DNA from: Malacoraja senta
Taxonomy: Eukaryota
Length of the DNA: 64,000 nucleotides
Direction: 5' to 3'
Assembly (NCBI GenBank): GCA_038087875.1
Contig: CM075989.1
Location: 4,340,001-4,404,000 of the forward strand
Part shown: in pieces, positions 48,642 through 62,059 of the stretch
Position numbering within the stretch: position 1 is the stretch's first letter
Layout: each line of letters starts with the position of its first letter
Position numbers and translations under genes: made by a program
The notes under the pieces: model-generated
The model's input: only the letters and a program-made list of their open reading frames with translations
What the model was told of the DNA's origin: nothing
Databases searched by the model: none

Positions 48642-49610
48642 AAGTTCAAGTTCAAGTGAGTTTATTGTCCCTGATAGGACAATGAAATTCTTGCTTTGCT
48701 TCAGCACAACAGAACATAGTAGGCATTGACTACAAAACAGATCACTGTGTCCATATACCATTCTATAAATATATACACACATGAATCAATATACTGATAA
48801 AGTGCAAATAACAGTTAATTGGCTAATAAAGTTGCAGTCTTCAGGCTCCTGTAGCTTCTACCTGAAGGTAGTAGGGAGATGAGTGTGTGGCCAGGATGGT
48901 GTGGGTCCTTGATGATACTGCCAGCCTTTTTGAGGCAGCGACTGTGATAGATCCCCTCGATGGAAGGGAGGTCAGAGCCGATGATGGACTGGGCAGTGTT
49001 TGCTACTTTTTGTCGTCTTTTCCTCTCCAGGGCGCTCAAGTTGCCGAACCAAGCCACGGTGCAACAGGTCAGCATGCTCTCTACTGTGCACCTGTAGAAG
49101 TTAGAGAGAGTCCTCCTTGACAAACCGACTCTCCGTAATCTTCTCAGGAAGTAGAGGCGCTGATGTGCTTTCTTAATAATGGCATCAGTGTTCTCGGACC
49201 AGGAAAGATCTTCAGAGATATGCACGCCCAGGAATTTGAAGCTCTTGACCCTTTCAACCATCGACCCATTGATATAAACGGGACTGTGGGTCCCCATCCC
49301 ACTCCTTCCAAAGTCCACAATCAGTTCCTTGGTTTTGCTGGTGTTGAGGGCCAGGTTATTGTGCTGGCACCATATGGACAGTTGCTCGATCTCTCTTCTA
49401 TACTCTGACTCATCCCCATCAGTGATACGTCCCACAACAGTGGTGTCGTCAGCGAACTTGATGATAGAGTTCGCACTATGTCCGGCTACGCAGTCATGAG
49501 TATAGAGTGAGTACAGCAGGGGGCTGAGCACGCAGCCTTGAGGTGCTCCCGTGCTGATTGTTATCGAGTCTGACACATTTCCACCAGTACGAACAGACTG
49601 TGGTCTGTGG
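48642..49610 (-). mobile_element. Rex1/Babar LINE RT fragment inserted in a Penelope pLTR dimer (48600-49786)
   Basis: ORF 48815-49576: TGAPQGCVLSPLLYSLYTHDC, IIKFADDTTVVG, KKAHQRLYFLRRL. Confidence 0.93.
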
Positions 49611-49786
49611 TCTGAGCATCTCTGGAGAAAAGAAATAGATGATGTTTCGGGTCGAGACCCTTCTTCATTTCAACCCGAAACGTCACCTATTCCTTTTCTC
49701 CAGACATGGTGCCTGACCTGCTGAGTTACTCCAGCATTTAGTGTCTATCTTCGGTGTGAACCAGCATCTGCAGTTCCTTCCTACAC

Positions 49787-50200
49787 AAGAGTCAAGAGTG
49801 TTTTATTGTCCCATGTCCTGAAATGGAACAATAAAATTCTTACTTGCAGCAGCACAACAGGTTTGGAAACACAGTACTCAATAAATAATATACTAAACAA
49901 ACAAAAAAAAGCTCAAAAATTAAAAATATATATATATATAGTGCAAAAAAAAAGCCCAACGTCTCTCATGCAACTTAGGCAGCTTGTGGTTCGGAGTTTA
50001 GTTGAAGTGTGTAGTGTTTAATACTCAGATGGTTGTTGGGAAAAAGCAGTTCCTGATCCTGGACGTTATTGATTTCAGACTCCCACACCTTCTTTTCGAT
50101 GGCAGGAGTGAAATGAGAGCATGGCCAGTGTGGTGCTGGTTCTTGATGCTTCTGGCTGCTTTTTTGAGATAGTGCCGCATATAGATCCCTTTGTAATGAG
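49787..50200 (-). mobile_element. Rex1/Babar 3' fragment
   Basis: LKKAARSIKNQHHTGHALISLLPS...RIRNCFFPTTI. Confidence 0.8.
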
Positions 50201-50504
50201 AAGGTCCGTACGCGTGATGGACCATATTATGAAAAGGTAAAGTGAAGGCTCGGACCTTGTGTGAATATGTGAAGGTCAACATGACTATTTTGTTCAAATG
50301 CAAAAAGACAGCAACAGATATTTGCAATGAAGTGTTTTAAGTTGCTTGTGGAATTTAATTCTGGCTTATTTACCATATGGGAATATGTAATTTATGTTCA
50401 TGATAGGTAAAATCTAAACTCATCCAAATGGCAAAAGATATTACAAATCCTAGCCAAGCCACCTTTTCAGAGGGTACATGATATGGAACATCTTATTATA
50501 GATT

Positions 50505-50854
50505 CAGACCCATTCTGAAGAAGGGTCCCATCCGGAAATGTCACCTATCCATGTTACCCAGAGATGCTGCTGATCCGTTGAGTTACTCCAGCACTTTGTG
50601 TCTTTTTTTATAAACCATCATCTGCAGCTCCTTGTTTCTACATCTTCTTCTAAAGGTGTAGGAAGGAAGTGCAGATGCTGGTTTACACCGAAGATAGACA
50701 CAAAATGGTGGAACAACTCAGCGGGACAGTTCCTATCTCTGGACGGGAATGGGTGACTTCTTCTGAAGAAGGATCTCGACCCGAAACGTCACCCATTCCT
50801 TCTATCCAGAGATGCTGCCTGTCCTGCTGAGTTACTCCAGCTTTTTGTGCCTAC
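50505..50854. mobile_element. Penelope pLTR plus inverted-dimer element (50657-50854; hammerhead motif 50763-50790)
   Basis: TSD CTTMTTCTAAAGG at 50644-50656 / 50855-50867. Confidence 0.85.
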
Positions 50855-51249
50855 CTTATTCTAAAGGATTGAGAGCTTCTATGGCATGTATGATTCAAGG
50901 GTAGAGAAAGGCACATAATCATACACACATGGTTTGTGAACTCCCCATTTTCCATCACTTTCCTCAGAATCAACAGTGAAGTCACTTCTGCTTCATACTT
51001 CCATTGTTTCTTTAGACCAGTCATCAAGATTGGAAATTACAGCCTTAAAATCCTTCCACTAAGCAGCCAGTGGATTTATTTCTTCAACCCTGCATTTTCC
51101 TCAGGAGAAGTATTCAGCGTTTTTTGTCATCGAGCTACTAGAGAAACCTTCTAACCATCTGGTCATCTGTCTGACCAGCAGGTAAATCTTGTTGCAGTTA
51201 TCTTTACCTCCTTGGACTTTTATTGATGTGTTTATTTAGAGGGGGGGGG

Positions 51250-52100
51250 GGAGATCATAGTCACTCCAAAGATGCAAAGCATTCAAGTCAAGCAATAAAT
51301 CGTCATTTATTAATATTTCTCCTATTTCAAAGCATTTTTTAAATTGAAAATATTCCTCGTGCCGAAAGTGAGGGAAATGTTTGTCAGCCATCCTCATCAG
51401 CAGAGCGGAACGAGTGGCTTCTATGAGACTTAGTACAAGGCATTGAAAAGAGGCTGTGGAGATATTTGTCTGCACCGTCTATCAGCTTGTGGGAGAATAC
51501 GCAGCAGAACAATAACCCCTTTCTACAGCCCCACAGTTGAGGCTGGTTGGGGGAGGCGGGGGGTGGTCTGGCCGTTCAGAGCCCAGTGAGTAAATTAAAG
51601 GCTGCATCTGTTCATTATATAAACAAATAGTACAGTTAGGCTGTTGTGCTTGGCAAGCTCCCCATCGCTGGAGACAAAGGCAGGGAAAACGGTCGCAGTG
51701 ATGGGTGGCTGACCCAGAGACAGCAGAGAGGAGCATCCCTGAAATTGTTGCCTCGCCGTCACCATGGGGCACTCTTCAGCTCAGCTCAGCTCTCTCATAG
51801 CAACCCCCGGTGAAAGCCACTGACAAGGCAGTCAAAGCTGTCATAACTCTGCCTTTGAGAGCGGGTATTTTCTCCTGGTACTGTATAACGGGTCCCTGGC
51901 ATTTGCGGCAAGATCATACACTGCCCCCGCTGTTATTGGTGAGACAGTAATCAAGCCGTTCCCTGCCCAGGCCACTCAGTTTAACCCACGGTGTCCGAAA
52001 TGTTGCAGCTTCATCAAACATCTATAAAAACCAGCTCCACTCGGATTCTGTTTCTTTCTCGTGCCAACATTTATCAGAACCCAAAGCTTCTTTAAAGTAC
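51250..52100. promoter_or_regulatory. Candidate conserved non-coding element/enhancer cluster
   Basis: Long repeat-free block with MEIS/TGIF (TGACA, TGTCA), TCF (TCAAAG, CTTTGA), FOX (TAAACAAA) and RFX half-site (TAGCAAC) motifs. Conservation not tested. Confidence 0.5.
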
Positions 52101-53425
52101 CAGAATATAAAAATGTGGCATTAAAAACCGCCCTTCCATTTACCCTGTATGGACCAAGCCACTGCACTACAATACGCTTCTGGTGTAGTGTGTCAATATA
52201 AAGTTTCCTTAGTTAACAATTCTTAAACAATTTGAAAATATTTAGAATATCGAAGTCTAAAATTAAAAACATGAAAATATGTCTGCCTTTTTTAAATAAT
52301 TAATATTAAAGCTCTCCCAGTCTTTGGATGAGTTATTAACTGTAGGCTCCATCTGTCTAATCAAGGGATTGTGAAAGAACTCAGTGCATTAATTGAAAGC
52401 ATCTACTTCAATTTATCCAACACCACCAAAAAAATGTATCACTTGCTTATTGATCTGATTTTGAATACGAGACTCTATAAGTACACACAGGTAGGAATGT
52501 TTGCCTGCATCCCTGCCCTTTCCAAGTAAATGGCTGATTGTGAAGCACTTTGTGCTGAGTTAGAGTGCCATTAAACACAAGCTGATTTTTGTTATAGCAA
52601 TTTTTCCGAAAAATGAAAATATAGATGACTCTATTTTCTATTACCACTTTTGTAGCAGTACAACCATAACAGGACAATACACCAACTCAGCTATGAACTA
52701 TGGACTGTCTTTGAATACACTAATTACTTTGGCCAACTGTGCATTCGTATTATTGTTAATAATATATTAAATGGTTTTGTTTATTGTATGTTATCTATAA
52801 GGTTTGTATTATGCTCCTGCAAGTAAGAATGTCATTGTTCCTTGTCGGTACATAAAACAATTAAACACTCTTGATTCTTGACTACACGGACACTAATCTT
52901 ATCCATCTGTGAACACACATTTTATATCATCAATCATAAATCAATGTGATTTCTTTCCCCCAGAATAGTTTATTTCAATGTCTTTTCAACAAGAAGGCCT
53001 TCTACAGTAAACCATTATTCAGTAATTCTCTTTTTTTTTTTACCATTTGCTTGCTCATTTTTACTTTGCAACTTTCTTCCACTCAACAAAACACAAAGGA
53101 AATAACCGAAGCTCGGAGATGGGTCAGGTAAATATCATCAGAATCACAGTGTCAAAAAACTAAAAGTGAAAACCTTTCTTCTGCTTCAGAATGTAAATAA
53201 AAGCGACGCTATGGAGATCTACAAAGTACTTTGTGGAATACAAAAGATGAATTCTTATTTTGTTTAGATTTCTATTGTGGAACAAGAGAGAAGGAAACAA
53301 ACTTCTCAAAGGCAACTTCTGGACTGTTGCTAGGCTGTGTCGTGCAGACTAGTTAGGAAGAGAAAATCTCTGGAAATCGTAAAGAAAATGCCGCTTGTTG
53401 TGAGAGCAGGTTGATTGGGAAGAAG

Positions 53426-53788
53426 ATAGATAGATAGATAGATAGAAACTTTATTTGCCACACGACCAGGGTTGGTGGTAATTGGGTTTGGTACATGATG
53501 GTACACTGCTTTAGCACATTAACACTAATAACAACACAGATCATAATAATAAAGCACATCACAAATCACAAATCTCACCAACAATACATAGTGCAAAAGA
53601 ACAGACAAAAACCATAGACAAGACACTGTATACATCAAAGTCAAAAAGTTATTGGAGGGAATTAAGTGTTCTTATTGCTGAGGGGAAGAAACTGTTTTTA
53701 AAACGGGTGGATTTTGTAGCAAGTGACCTAAGGCGCCTCCCTGAAGGGAGAGACTGGAAAAGGTGGTTTGCTGGATGGGAGGGGTCCG
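53426..53788 (-). mobile_element. Rex1/Babar-like LINE 3' end with (TCTA)n tail
   Basis: DPSHPANHLFQSLPSGRRLRS...RFKNSFFPSAIRTLN. Confidence 0.85.
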
Positions 53789-54072
53789 ACAGCGCGGAAA
53801 CAGACCCTTTGACCCACCGAGTCCACACCGACCAGTGATCCCGCAACACTAGCACTATTCTACACACACCAGGAACAATTAACAATCTTTACCAAAGCCA
53901 ATTAACCTGCAAACCCGTACGTCTTTTGAGTGTGGGAGGAAACCGAAGTATCAGGAGAAAACCCACGCAGTCACAGGAAGAACGCACAAACTCCGTACAG
54001 ACAGCACCCGTAGTCGGGATCAAACTTGTGGCTCCGATACTGTGAGGTAGTAACTCTACCGCTGCACCACCA
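53789..54072 (-). mobile_element. HE1-like SINE
   Basis: Reverse consensus. Confidence 0.88.
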
Positions 54073-54341
54073 TAATTGGTCAATCACTTTTCTATTAACT
54101 TTTATCCTATTAAATCCATTCTCCATTCTAGAGGTACAGAAATATATTTCACTCATCTTAAACTCATCTTTAATTGACTAACCCTCTATCGATCTCCTGC
54201 CAGTACTTCTGTTGCTTGTTATATGTTGATTTATTTGTGATTGCTCTTGATTCAAGCCCCTGCTTTTCCCTCTCACATTGGAAGTGGAGCATTCAACCTC
54301 CAAACAAATTCCCAATTAATTATATATCGGTATAAATATTT

Positions 54342-54536
54342 ACAAGGAACAGCAAATGCTAGTTTACAAAAAAGACACAAAGTGCTGGAGTAACTCAGCG
54401 GGTCTGTAAGAATCTCTGGAGAACATGATTAGGTGACATTTTGGCCTGAAGAAGGGTCCCGACCTGAAACGTCGCCTATCCATGTTTTCCAGAGGTGCTG
54501 CCTGACCTGCTGAGTTACTCCAGCACTTTGTGTCTT
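54342..54536. mobile_element. Penelope pLTR/hammerhead inverted-dimer element (motif 54446-54473)
   Basis: (GGC)CTGAAGA AGGGTC CC GACCT GAAA CGTC(GCC). Confidence 0.85.
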
Positions 54537-54688
54537 TAAAAGAATCTTGATCGCTTTGAAAGAGTTAATGAGTGTTGCATCAACTGTTGATGGGGATTCT
54601 GTACCACATGAATAGTTTGCCTTCTCAATTCATTATTGCATTTTTGTTTATGATATATTAACTGCGTATTGTGTTTGGAAGCCGGTTA

Positions 54689-55150
54689 AGGGCCTATCCC
54701 ACTTGGGCGACCTAATCCGCGAGTTCTGGGGAGTTTGCCCTCGACTCATACTCGCAGCATGGTTGACACAAGGTCGTAGGAGGTCTTCGTAACTCTCCTT
54801 CATGCTCGAGAGTGGTCTCCGCGTACTCGAGGCCTCAGCTAGGTCACGGCGTTTTTTTCAATATGTTAAAAAATGCCCGCTAGTAAAAAAAGGTCGCTAT
54901 GGAAAAAATCGATACTTTTTTTACTCGTAGGTTTAGTCGTAGTAGGTCGTAGTAGGTCGGCACGTTAGTCGCAGGTAATCGAGGGTAGTCGAAGGTAGTC
55001 GTAGATAGTCTTCAACATAGTCGAAGGAGATCGAAGGAGATCGACGGAGGTCGTCTTCACTCTCCATTATTCGGTGTCCAATTTTCCCGAAGTTAGTCGT
55101 AGCTAGTCGAAGCTGGTCTTCAACATAGTCGAAGGAGGTCGAAGGAGGTC
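54689..55150. mobile_element. PIF/Harbinger-like MITE, truncated; reverse copy of the 18286-18868 family
   Basis: TTA + AGGGCCTATCCCACTTGGGCGACCTAAT; TCGTAG/TCGAAG repeats; fused to a SINE at 55151. Confidence 0.85.
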
Positions 55151-55358
55151 ACACTAGGGACAATTACCAAAGCCAATTAACCTACAAACCTCTTTGGAGT
55201 CTTTGGAGTGTGGGAGGAAACCGAGCGCCAGGAGAAAGCTCACGTGGTCACAGGGAGAACGTACAAACTCTGTACAGACAGCACCCGTATTCAGGATCGA
55301 ACCCGAGTCTCTGAAGCTATAAGGCATCAACTCTACAGCTGCGACACCATGCTGCCCT
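55151..55358 (-). mobile_element. HE1-like SINE (partial)
   Basis: Reverse consensus. Confidence 0.85.
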
Positions 55359-57260
55359 AACTTAACTTCTGAATTCATTCGGTTAATCTTCAGTGTGACT
55401 CTTTGCCCCTACCAGTGAAACTAATACTTGTTCTACGCATGTACTGAATTATCTTATATCTACATCATTCCCACACAATTTCAGTGCATGGAACAAATTC
55501 CTTTATGTATTACACTGTAACGAAAGAAAGTTGGATTCTGTGAGTCACACACTTCTATTCACCATGAATTATCAATGCACCAAAGTGGGAGATTAGTCTA
55601 TCATCTTCTCACCAATGTTTCCCTCCTAAATCCCTCAAATGAATTCAAAATATAAGCTGTTTATTTCACCTGATCTTCGTGTGAACCAAATATGGATGGC
55701 ACACCGTTTATACTTTTCTTCGCTAATTTTCATTTTGCTTTGGCACCAGAGATGAAAAGGGACCAATTCAAAATGCACTACAGTGCAATGCCATTCTAAT
55801 TTTCAATGCTGCTTTGTGAGGCTGTGTGTTCTGAAACTTGCCAGAAACAAGAGAATAACCAGAAAGTCAGTGAGATATTTTTACAATTTTAAGCTGTTCT
55901 TAATCTTTGGGAAAAACGTACGTGTGAAATTGTCGTGGTCATTTTGGCCTCATTTGCTTCGACTACAGGAGGGGTAGTGTTGAGCCAAGTAGAACAATCA
56001 CTGTCCTGTCTTGAAGAGGGTGGTCTATCTCCTGGCAGATGCCAAGCTTCCCCACGTCGCTCTTTTTAATTACAGCATGCAAAGAAGCATTCATTGCCCA
56101 TTTCCAGTTCCTCTGTAGCGGCTGAGAAAGAAAGACAATTTACATTAATGGCACAACTTCGGAAGTTCAGTGGGAAGTGAGTGAAAGAAAGCATGGTTGT
56201 TGGGATATTTGTTCCAAGCTTTGGAGAATTTAGAAGATAAATGGGGTGGTTTGAGATAATTGATGATCGAGAGGAATTGAGGGTTGTTAAGGGAGTGATT
56301 TCACTTAATTTGCCCTTGTTTGGACTTGAAAGTTGTCGCGGAAATTGTCGTGATTTAAATCATAGTGCAGTCAGCGTAACTTTGCTCGAAAATAGACAAC
56401 AGACAATAGGGGCAGGAGTAGGCCTTTTGGCCCTTCCGAATATTCGGCATCGATAAAAATGTGGGAGGCACGCACCAGTTGTAGAAAGAGAATAACTGCA
56501 ACTTTGCACATTAGGTCCGATTCATCAAACTAACATCCTTGGCACCAATACTTACTCAAGGGGAGCAGAATTCAGAGAGTCAGGAATGCAGTAAAAGCAA
56601 GATGAGGGATCTGGAGTATTTCAACGTATGTTAAAAAAATAAAAAATAAATAAAATTTGCAAAAATCATGGGGAAAAAACAGGAATATGATAAAAATCAC
56701 AGTTGCCTTGATACACGTGACCTCCGTGACCAAACTGCCGTCTTACGGCAGACTTGATTCAGAGTTTAAGGCAAAAAGAAACTCATTAAATTGAAATCAT
56801 TTCTATTAACAACTGTGACCACTACAAAACTAACTCAGCCACAATTACGTAAAGGTTAATCGGGCCAATTCATTAGTCGCTGAGAATTTTCTCATCTCAC
56901 CAGAGTTGTTTGCACAAAAAAGTTCAACTGTAAAAATAAATGCGTTGCAAGGAACTACGGATGCCGTTATGTAAAGAAAATAGACACAAAGTGCTGGAGT
57001 AACTCAGCGGGTCAAGCAGCAACTCTGGAGAAAAAGGCTGGGTCACAGTTCGGGTTGGGACCCTTCTTCAGAAAAATAAACCCCTGAACTTTGAGAACAA
57101 TAACAAAATAAAGAAGATAGATTAGTAGAATATTGGTGAAATTATGCCATCTCACTGGTACTCTTTCCTCAAAGTTACCGCCAAGCAAGGGTGTTTTTAT
57201 GGTAAGATGAAATTATAAAGTGAAGTAAAAATTACAAAATTAAACTATAAACGAAAAATC

Positions 57261-57555
57261 AGTTTAGTTTAGTTTAGTTTAGGGATACAACATGAAAATG
57301 GTCTCTTCAGCCCACCGAGCCCACACCAACCATCAATCATCCGTTCACACCAGTTCTATGTTATCCCACTTTCTCATCCACTTTCTCCACAGTAGGGGTA
57401 ATTTACAGAGGTGATTAATGGACAAACCTGCAATTTTGTTGGGATGTGGGATTAAACCGGAGCACTCGGAGTCACAATGAGAATGCACCTGAGGTCAGGA
57501 TCGAACCCGGAATTCTGGCTCTGGAAGGCAGCAGCTCTACCACTGTGCCACTGTG
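57261..57555 (-). mobile_element. HE1-like SINE (variant)
   Basis: Reverse consensus with (TTTAG)n tail. Confidence 0.85.
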
Positions 57556-57649
57556 TCACATTTGTTTAAATGTAAAATGCAGCATGTGACATCTTTGCTG
57601 ATACCTTTGAAAGGGATAGGCTGCCATTAAAAGCACTCTTCAAGCTGCG

Positions 57650-58120
57650 CACAAGTCAATCACAACAGATCAGACTCCCTCCCATTGACTCCCTTTACAC
57701 TTCATGCTGTCTTGGGAAAGCAGACAATATAATCAGACGTCCCACACCAGTCATTCCTTCTTCTCGCTTCTCCTGTCGGGCAGAAGAAACAGAAGCTTGA
57801 AAGGTGCGTAGCAGCAGACTCAGGAACAACTTTTTCCCCACTGATATCAGGCTTGTGAACAGTCCTTCCATAGGCTGGGGTACTGTCCGATTCAACTCTA
57901 TCCCATTGTGGATATTGGAATTTGTCTCTGGAACTGTTATGCCACAATGCTGAGAACTGTATCTACACTGTATCTTTCCCTTTGCACTGCCTATTGTACT
58001 GGAGTTTGGCTTGATTGTATTTATGTATAGTATTGTCTATTGTGTTTGGATAGCACGCAAAACAAAGCTAGCTCACTGCACCTTGGTACAGGTGAGAATA
58101 ATAATCCTAAACCTAAACTA
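57650..58120 (+). mobile_element. Rex1/Babar 3' fragment
   Basis: CAGACTCAGGAACAACTTTTTCCCC; 3' UTR like 22690-22925. Confidence 0.78.
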
Positions 58121-58307
58121 ACGAACTCTGAGACGTGGGAGAGGGTAACAGAATTAGCCCACAGTGGTCAGAAGGGAGGAAATGGAGTGCCTGCAATCCT
58201 GAACTACACATATGGGAGATTGTCTTTGAAGTCAAAGGAAGTCACAAACCTCCTTGAGGCAAGGAACGCCACTTGATTGTTTGCGCTTCAAACAGCACAG
58301 AGTTTCT

Positions 58308-58602
58308 TTTAGACTTTAGAGGTATAGAATAGAAACAGGCCGTTCAGCCCACCGGGTCCGCGCCAACCAGCGATCACCCCATGCACTAGCACTATCCTAC
58401 ACACACAGAAGAATTTACAAAAGCCAATTAACCTACAAATCTGTAGATCTTTGGAGTGTGGGAGAAAACCAGAGCCCCCGGACAAAACCCACGCAGGTCA
58501 CGGGGAGAACGTACAAACTCCGCACAGACAGCACCCGTAGTCAGGATCAAACCCCAGGTCTTTGGCGCAGTGAGGCAGCAACTCTACCGCTGCGCCACCG
58601 TG
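58308..58602 (-). mobile_element. HE1-like SINE
   Basis: Reverse consensus. Confidence 0.88.
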
Positions 58603-60349
58603 CTGGCCGCAAAACACAAAAGTTTGGCTCAAGGGGATGACTTTCAATCCATCGCAGAGAGGTAGCTGCTCTGCTACTTAGGAAACCCTGAGCCAGAATC
58701 AGGTCGTCTACCAATAATTTAACACCAGGTTCCCCCACGAACAAACAGTGTGCTTTAAGTTTCAGAAAACTCTGTGGCTAAATAATGACTATCGGTTTTC
58801 TGACTGGTGAGTTGAAATATTTGACTGTGGACACATCTCCCTGAGGCACTCCTGTTGATGCCACTTGAGAGAGTTTTACATTGGAAAACAGGTGCCCGAA
58901 GAAGGCCCAGATGTAAAGCCTCCAAACAAATATCACAATGAAAAATGAGGAACAAATTCACAACCAGACTGCAAGGCACTCAGAGATACACAGCGTGCTA
59001 AGTTGTTTTACTCTAGGTTTACCACTGTTTTTGTGAAAGTGAACTGGGCCCCAAAATGAGGTTTGGTTATGGTGTTACCCACATTTCAAGTGCTATTAAA
59101 TGTGTAGAAAGGAACTGTAGATGCTGGTGTATGCCAAAGATAAACACTAAGCGCCAGAATAACTCAGCGGGTCAGGCAGTGTCTCTGGAGAAAAAGGATG
59201 GGTGACGTTTTGGGTCGGGACCCCACTTCTGAAATGTGTTCATTACAGAAGGCAAAGAGGAAGGATCAACAGTCACAGATTCAGTGAACCACCATTCACC
59301 ATTGTTACTCAAATGTCACCGTTTGACATTCTAAGGCTGGTGCAGTACGGCAGCAGTCGGGATCGAACCCGGGTCTCTGGCGCCGTAAAGCAGCAACTCT
59401 ACCACTGCGCCACCGTGCCGCCCGGCACTGTTCTTAACAGTTCAGCAATCATCAAATGTGAACAGAATATTTTGTATGAAATACTTAACTGAGGGAGTTG
59501 AACTAAAGATTAATAAAGAAGTTTATTAAAAAAAAACGATGACCGTCAGTTCGAGTTTGTTTCTGTTAAGTGAATCATTGTTGGTTATTTTGGAATGTGT
59601 TTTTGGTTTTTGGATAGGCGCATGGATATGCAGGGAATGGAGGTGATATGGATCACGTGCAAGCAGAGGAAATCAGTTTAACCTGGCCATCATGTTTGGC
59701 ACGGACATTATGGGCTGAAGGGCCTGTTCCTGTCTGTATTCTTCTATGTTCTATGTGTTCAGTTTTTAGCTGTCCCTGTCCAGAGTTCACAGGGTCCTTG
59801 GCAACTGCTGCTTTAAGTTGGTTGGATGTTCAGACCAGAAATGGTTAATGATGAGAGACTGGTGCCTGCGATACACAAAGACATTCCCAGATATTCAGCC
59901 AAGAGCAAGGAGTTGGTGATTAAGTGCAGGCTGACTGACAAACAAGCAGAGCTCATAGGCCTCATAGAGTCATACATCGTAGAAACAGGCCCTTCAGCCC
60001 AACTTGCCCACATTGACCAACATGTCCCATCTACACTAGTCCCACCTGTCTTCGTTTGGCCCAGGTCCCTCTAAACCTGTCCTATCCATAACTCCATGGA
60101 TTAATATTTGCGATGGACAACAGCTTTAGTTCTTCATGGCCAGACCAGGTTGATGGCATCACTTGAGCTTCATTTGGCTTCTTCACCATATGGCATAGTC
60201 ATGCGCATCACCTGCTTGCCAAACCTCTAAAAATGTACATGGGCCGACATAAAATATGTTTGGTAAAAAAACTAAATTGGTGGCTTGACAAAATGAGAGG
60301 CATTGATCACCACAAAAATGTCATGAGCAAAATGGTAAACTCTATATTA

Positions 60350-60662
60350 GGACAGCACGGTGGCGCAGTGGTAGAGTTGATGCCTTACAGCACCAGAGAC
60401 CCGGGTTTGATCCTGACTATGGGTGCTGTCCGTACAGGGTTTGTACCTTCTCCCCGTGACAACGTGGGTTTTCTCCGAGATCTCCGGTTTCCTTCCACAC
60501 TCCAAAGATGTACAGGTTTGTAGGTTAATTGGCTTGGTATAAGTGTAAATTGTCCCTAGTGTGTGTAGGATAGTGTTAATGTGCGGGGATCGCCGGTCGG
60601 TGCGGACTCGGTGGGCCGATGGGCCTGTTTCCACGCTGTATCTCTAAACTAACTTAAACTAA
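60350..60662 (+). mobile_element. HE1-like SINE
   Basis: Full-length copy. Confidence 0.9.
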
Positions 60663-61084
60663 AATTTATCTTGTCACTTAACTAGCAAACCAGAAGGACT
60701 TGTCAAACATTCCTTTCATGATATCAGTGTCCTTTCAACCCTTGATGGTTGAAGGGTGTCATTATTATTTTTTGTATGGTGCTACTCCCACACTCTTTAT
60801 ATTACAGATTATTTCAAAAGGAATGAGCGTGGAATTGCCTTCTGAAATGAAATCTGTTTGTAGCCTTGGAATAAATAGACAGGTGCATTACCTTGGCTTT
60901 CACTTTAATGACTAGGTTATGCAACATCTCCGAAAGTTCAGGAAGATTCAGAGCAGGTTGATAAACAGAGACCATACAATGACTTGACGTAACTGTCCCG
61001 CCAAAGGTTTGAAGAACCTCTCGTACTGATTTCTGGTTCTGATCATTCATCCACTCCAGAAGAATGATGTGGATGGAGTTTGTT

Positions 61085-61410
61085 TAGTGTTTAGTTTAGA
61101 GTTTAGAGGGACTGCATGAAACAGGCCCTTTGGCCCGTCGAGTCCATGCTGACCAGTGATCATCCGTGCAACTAGTTCTATGGTATCCCACTTTCTCATC
61201 CACTCCCTGCACACTAGGGGAAAGGTATAGAAGACAATCAATTGACAAACCTCTTTGAAGTGTGGGAGGAAGCTGGAGCACCTGGAGGAAACCCAGACGG
61301 TCCCAGAGAGAATGTGCAAACTCCACACAGAAGGCATCCGTAGTTAGGATTGAAACTGGGACTCTGGCGCTGTAAGGCAGCAGCTCCACTGATGCACCAC
61401 TCTGCCACCC
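61085..61410 (-). mobile_element. HE1-like SINE (variant)
   Basis: Reverse consensus. Confidence 0.85.
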
Positions 61411-61885
61411 TTAAAGTCCCATCCTCTCTGGTGGAAGCTTGGCTTCTCGTGAGGATCTCAATGAAATCCCCAACATACACTTTATTGCCCTGGCATTAAG
61501 AGTGAAGCTTTGACTGTCTGGGCCTCTATACAGCACGGAACCTGAGTATTTGTAGACACAAAGAACTGCAGATGCTGGAATCTTCCGCAGAACACACTGT
61601 GCTGGAGTAACTCAGCGGAATGGGCAGCATCTCCGCAAGACATGGAAAGTCAATATTTCAGGTCGGGACCATTCTTTAGACCTCTGTATTTGGCCATCCC
61701 AAGTGAATTAGCTGTGAGCAGTAGTGGGTATCACAAATCATGACCGCCTCACCTGCTGAGAAGGAATATACACCAGGTTATTTGTGTAGGAAGGAATTGC
61801 AGATGCTGGCTTAAACCAAAGGTAGACACAAAAAGCTGGAGTAACTCAACGGGTCAGACAGCATCTCTGGAGAAAAGGAATAGGC

Positions 61886-61913
61886 GACGTTTCGGGTCGC
61901 GACCCTTCTTCAG
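61886..61913 (-). ncRNA. Minimal hammerhead ribozyme motif in a solo Penelope pLTR (61783-61913)
   Basis: Minus strand: CUGAAGA AGGGUC GC GACCC GAAA CGUC. Confidence 0.72.
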
Positions 61914-62059
61914 AATATTTTGTTCCTGACCACTATTCAGCAAGCCAGTGCATGTTGGCTGGCCCTGTGATCTTTGATTATTTCCCTAGACTTACTGAGA
62001 ATCACTATCTATATTCATGGTTAGAAAATAAGAAAAAAAGCTTCATGGCTATTGAAGTG

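Noticed and set aside
48815..49576. 253-aa ORF as a host gene
   Set aside because: It is a Rex1/Babar reverse transcriptase fragment.
51016..51181. Possible exon (TTTCTTTAG|...CAG|GTAAAT)
   Set aside because: Stops in all three frames and no supporting evidence; a non-coding exon cannot be excluded.
56031..56046. NFI palindrome CTGGCAGATGCCAAG
   Set aside because: Half-site spacing is one base short of the TTGGC-N5-GCCAA consensus.
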